From the sequence record MN850644.1: a stretch of 64,000 nt of DNA. The stretch is one strand, 5' to 3'. The position numbers and the translations under genes were made by a program. This document shows positions 63,246 through 64,000 of this stretch, piece by piece; within the stretch, counting starts at the first letter, position 1; every line of letters begins with the position of its first letter. The stretch comes from Escherichia phage ekra. Below the pieces are notes generated by a model that had not been told where the DNA came from, did no database searches, and saw only the letters and a list, made by a program, of their open reading frames with translations.

Positions 63246-63794
63246 ATGGAAAAAGATAACTTAAAAGAAGTTGAAGGTAACTACCTAGTACTTGACTGGA
63301 GCGATGTTCGAGAAGCACTCTCCGAAGAAAATCTTGACTGGTTCGAACAAATTATCTTTGCAGTACGGCATAACAGAGAAGTTGAAAATGGTAAAGAGCC
63401 ACTTGAAGGAATCTTTGTAGAGAAGTCTTATCCGTTCTATGAAGACACTTTGCAGAAAGTTAAAATGTACTTTAAACAGAAGAACCGTAAAGTGGTCACT
63501 ATGGTATCTCTTGGTGGACAGAGTATGTCTGTGATGGAAGATATCAACCCTAAGAGACCAAGTAAGGGTGTCTGTATAAAAATCACAGGTCATGAAGAGT
63601 ACATCTCAGCAAGTGATTTTAGTGTATTCTGTAATGGTTCTGCTGTCTTTAATGGGTTTCACTATGATATCCGAGTGTACCCAATCAAGGGAGATGCTGT
63701 TATGATGCAGATATTTGATAACAACAATGGATTCACTCATTTTTATCAGACAACCAAGTCATCATTGAAGACAGTTTTAGAAAGCCTGATTTAA
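63246..63794 (+). CDS. hypothetical protein
   Basis: ORF 63189..63794 trimmed to internal ATG 63246 (MEKDNLKEV) to avoid overlap with previous gene. Confidence 0.35.
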   Translation: MEKDNLKEVEGNYLVLDWSDVREALSEENLDWFEQIIFAVRHNREVENGKEPLEGIFVEKSYPFYEDTLQKVKMYFKQKNRKVVTMVSLGGQSMSVMEDINPKRPSKGVCIKITGHEEYISASDFSVFCNGSAVFNGFHYDIRVYPIKGDAVMMQIFDNNNGFTHFYQTTKSSLKTVLESLI

Positions 63795-63804
63795 AATATC
63801 TTAA

Positions 63805-63838
63805 GAGCCTCCTTAATTGGGGGCTTTTTATTTTTTTA
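63805..63838 (+). terminator. rho-independent terminator (AGCCTCC...GGGGGCT + long T-run)
   Basis: Stem-loop at 63806..63825 followed by TTTTTATTTTTTT. Confidence 0.55.
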
Positions 63839-63889
63839 TAAAATTTTATCGGTTGTCCCAACCTCTGGGTCACCATCATATGTGAACAA

Positions 63890-63990
63890 AATATCTATCC
63901 TTCTTAACAACCTTCTTAATCTTACTCTCTATATAGTTATATAGTACTATATAGTATCTTAGTAACTATCTAGTGGTCTTAATAGCCCCT
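63890..63990. repeat. AT-rich short direct repeats (TATATAGT x3, TATCTAGT) at window end
   Basis: CTATATAGTTATATAGTACTATATAGTATCTTAGTAACTATCTAGTGG read directly. Confidence 0.4.
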
Positions 63991-64000
63991 CTGTATAACC

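Overview
This window reads as a contiguous segment of a tailed double-stranded DNA bacteriophage genome (AT-rich, densely packed genes, no rRNA, no integrase seen). All calls are from reading the sequence and the supplied ORF translations by eye; no database search or folding program was run. Layout: (1) 1..14.2 kb, minus strand: nucleotide-metabolism and replication genes (NrdD fragment, glutaredoxin, NrdB, NrdA, MazG-like, GIY-YIG-like and HNH-AP2 endonucleases, T7 gp6-like exonuclease, gp2.5-like SSB, gp4-like primase-helicase, dNMP kinase). (2) 14.5..25.7 kb, plus strand: family A DNA polymerase, second HNH-AP2 endonuclease, ATP-dependent DNA ligase, two unknown genes bracketed by unusual repeat arrays, an HTH protein, DHFR and thymidylate synthase. 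(3) 25.7..49.4 kb, minus strand: lysis-like small membrane proteins, two HxH-repeat tail fibers, baseplate, tape measure, chaperones with a -1 frameshift site, tube, sheath, capsid, S49 protease/scaffold, portal and large terminase. (4) 49.6..54.6 kb, minus strand: an array of 26 hand-folded tRNAs covering all 20 amino acids, interrupted by two protein genes and structured spacers. (5) 54.7..56.6 kb, minus strand: a vWA/MIDAS protein and a small GNPSGRP-motif protein. (6) 56.8..63.8 kb, plus strand: unknown genes, an Ig-like repeat protein and a T4-lysozyme-like endolysin. The most unusual feature, and my best candidate for an undescribed system, is a five-copy composite element at 20.3..22.1 kb: a GGTCTTT double box, a ~15-unit degenerate (GGTNN) pentanucleotide tract and a hairpin with compensatory base changes. 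The vWA protein beside the complete tRNA set is the second candidate.
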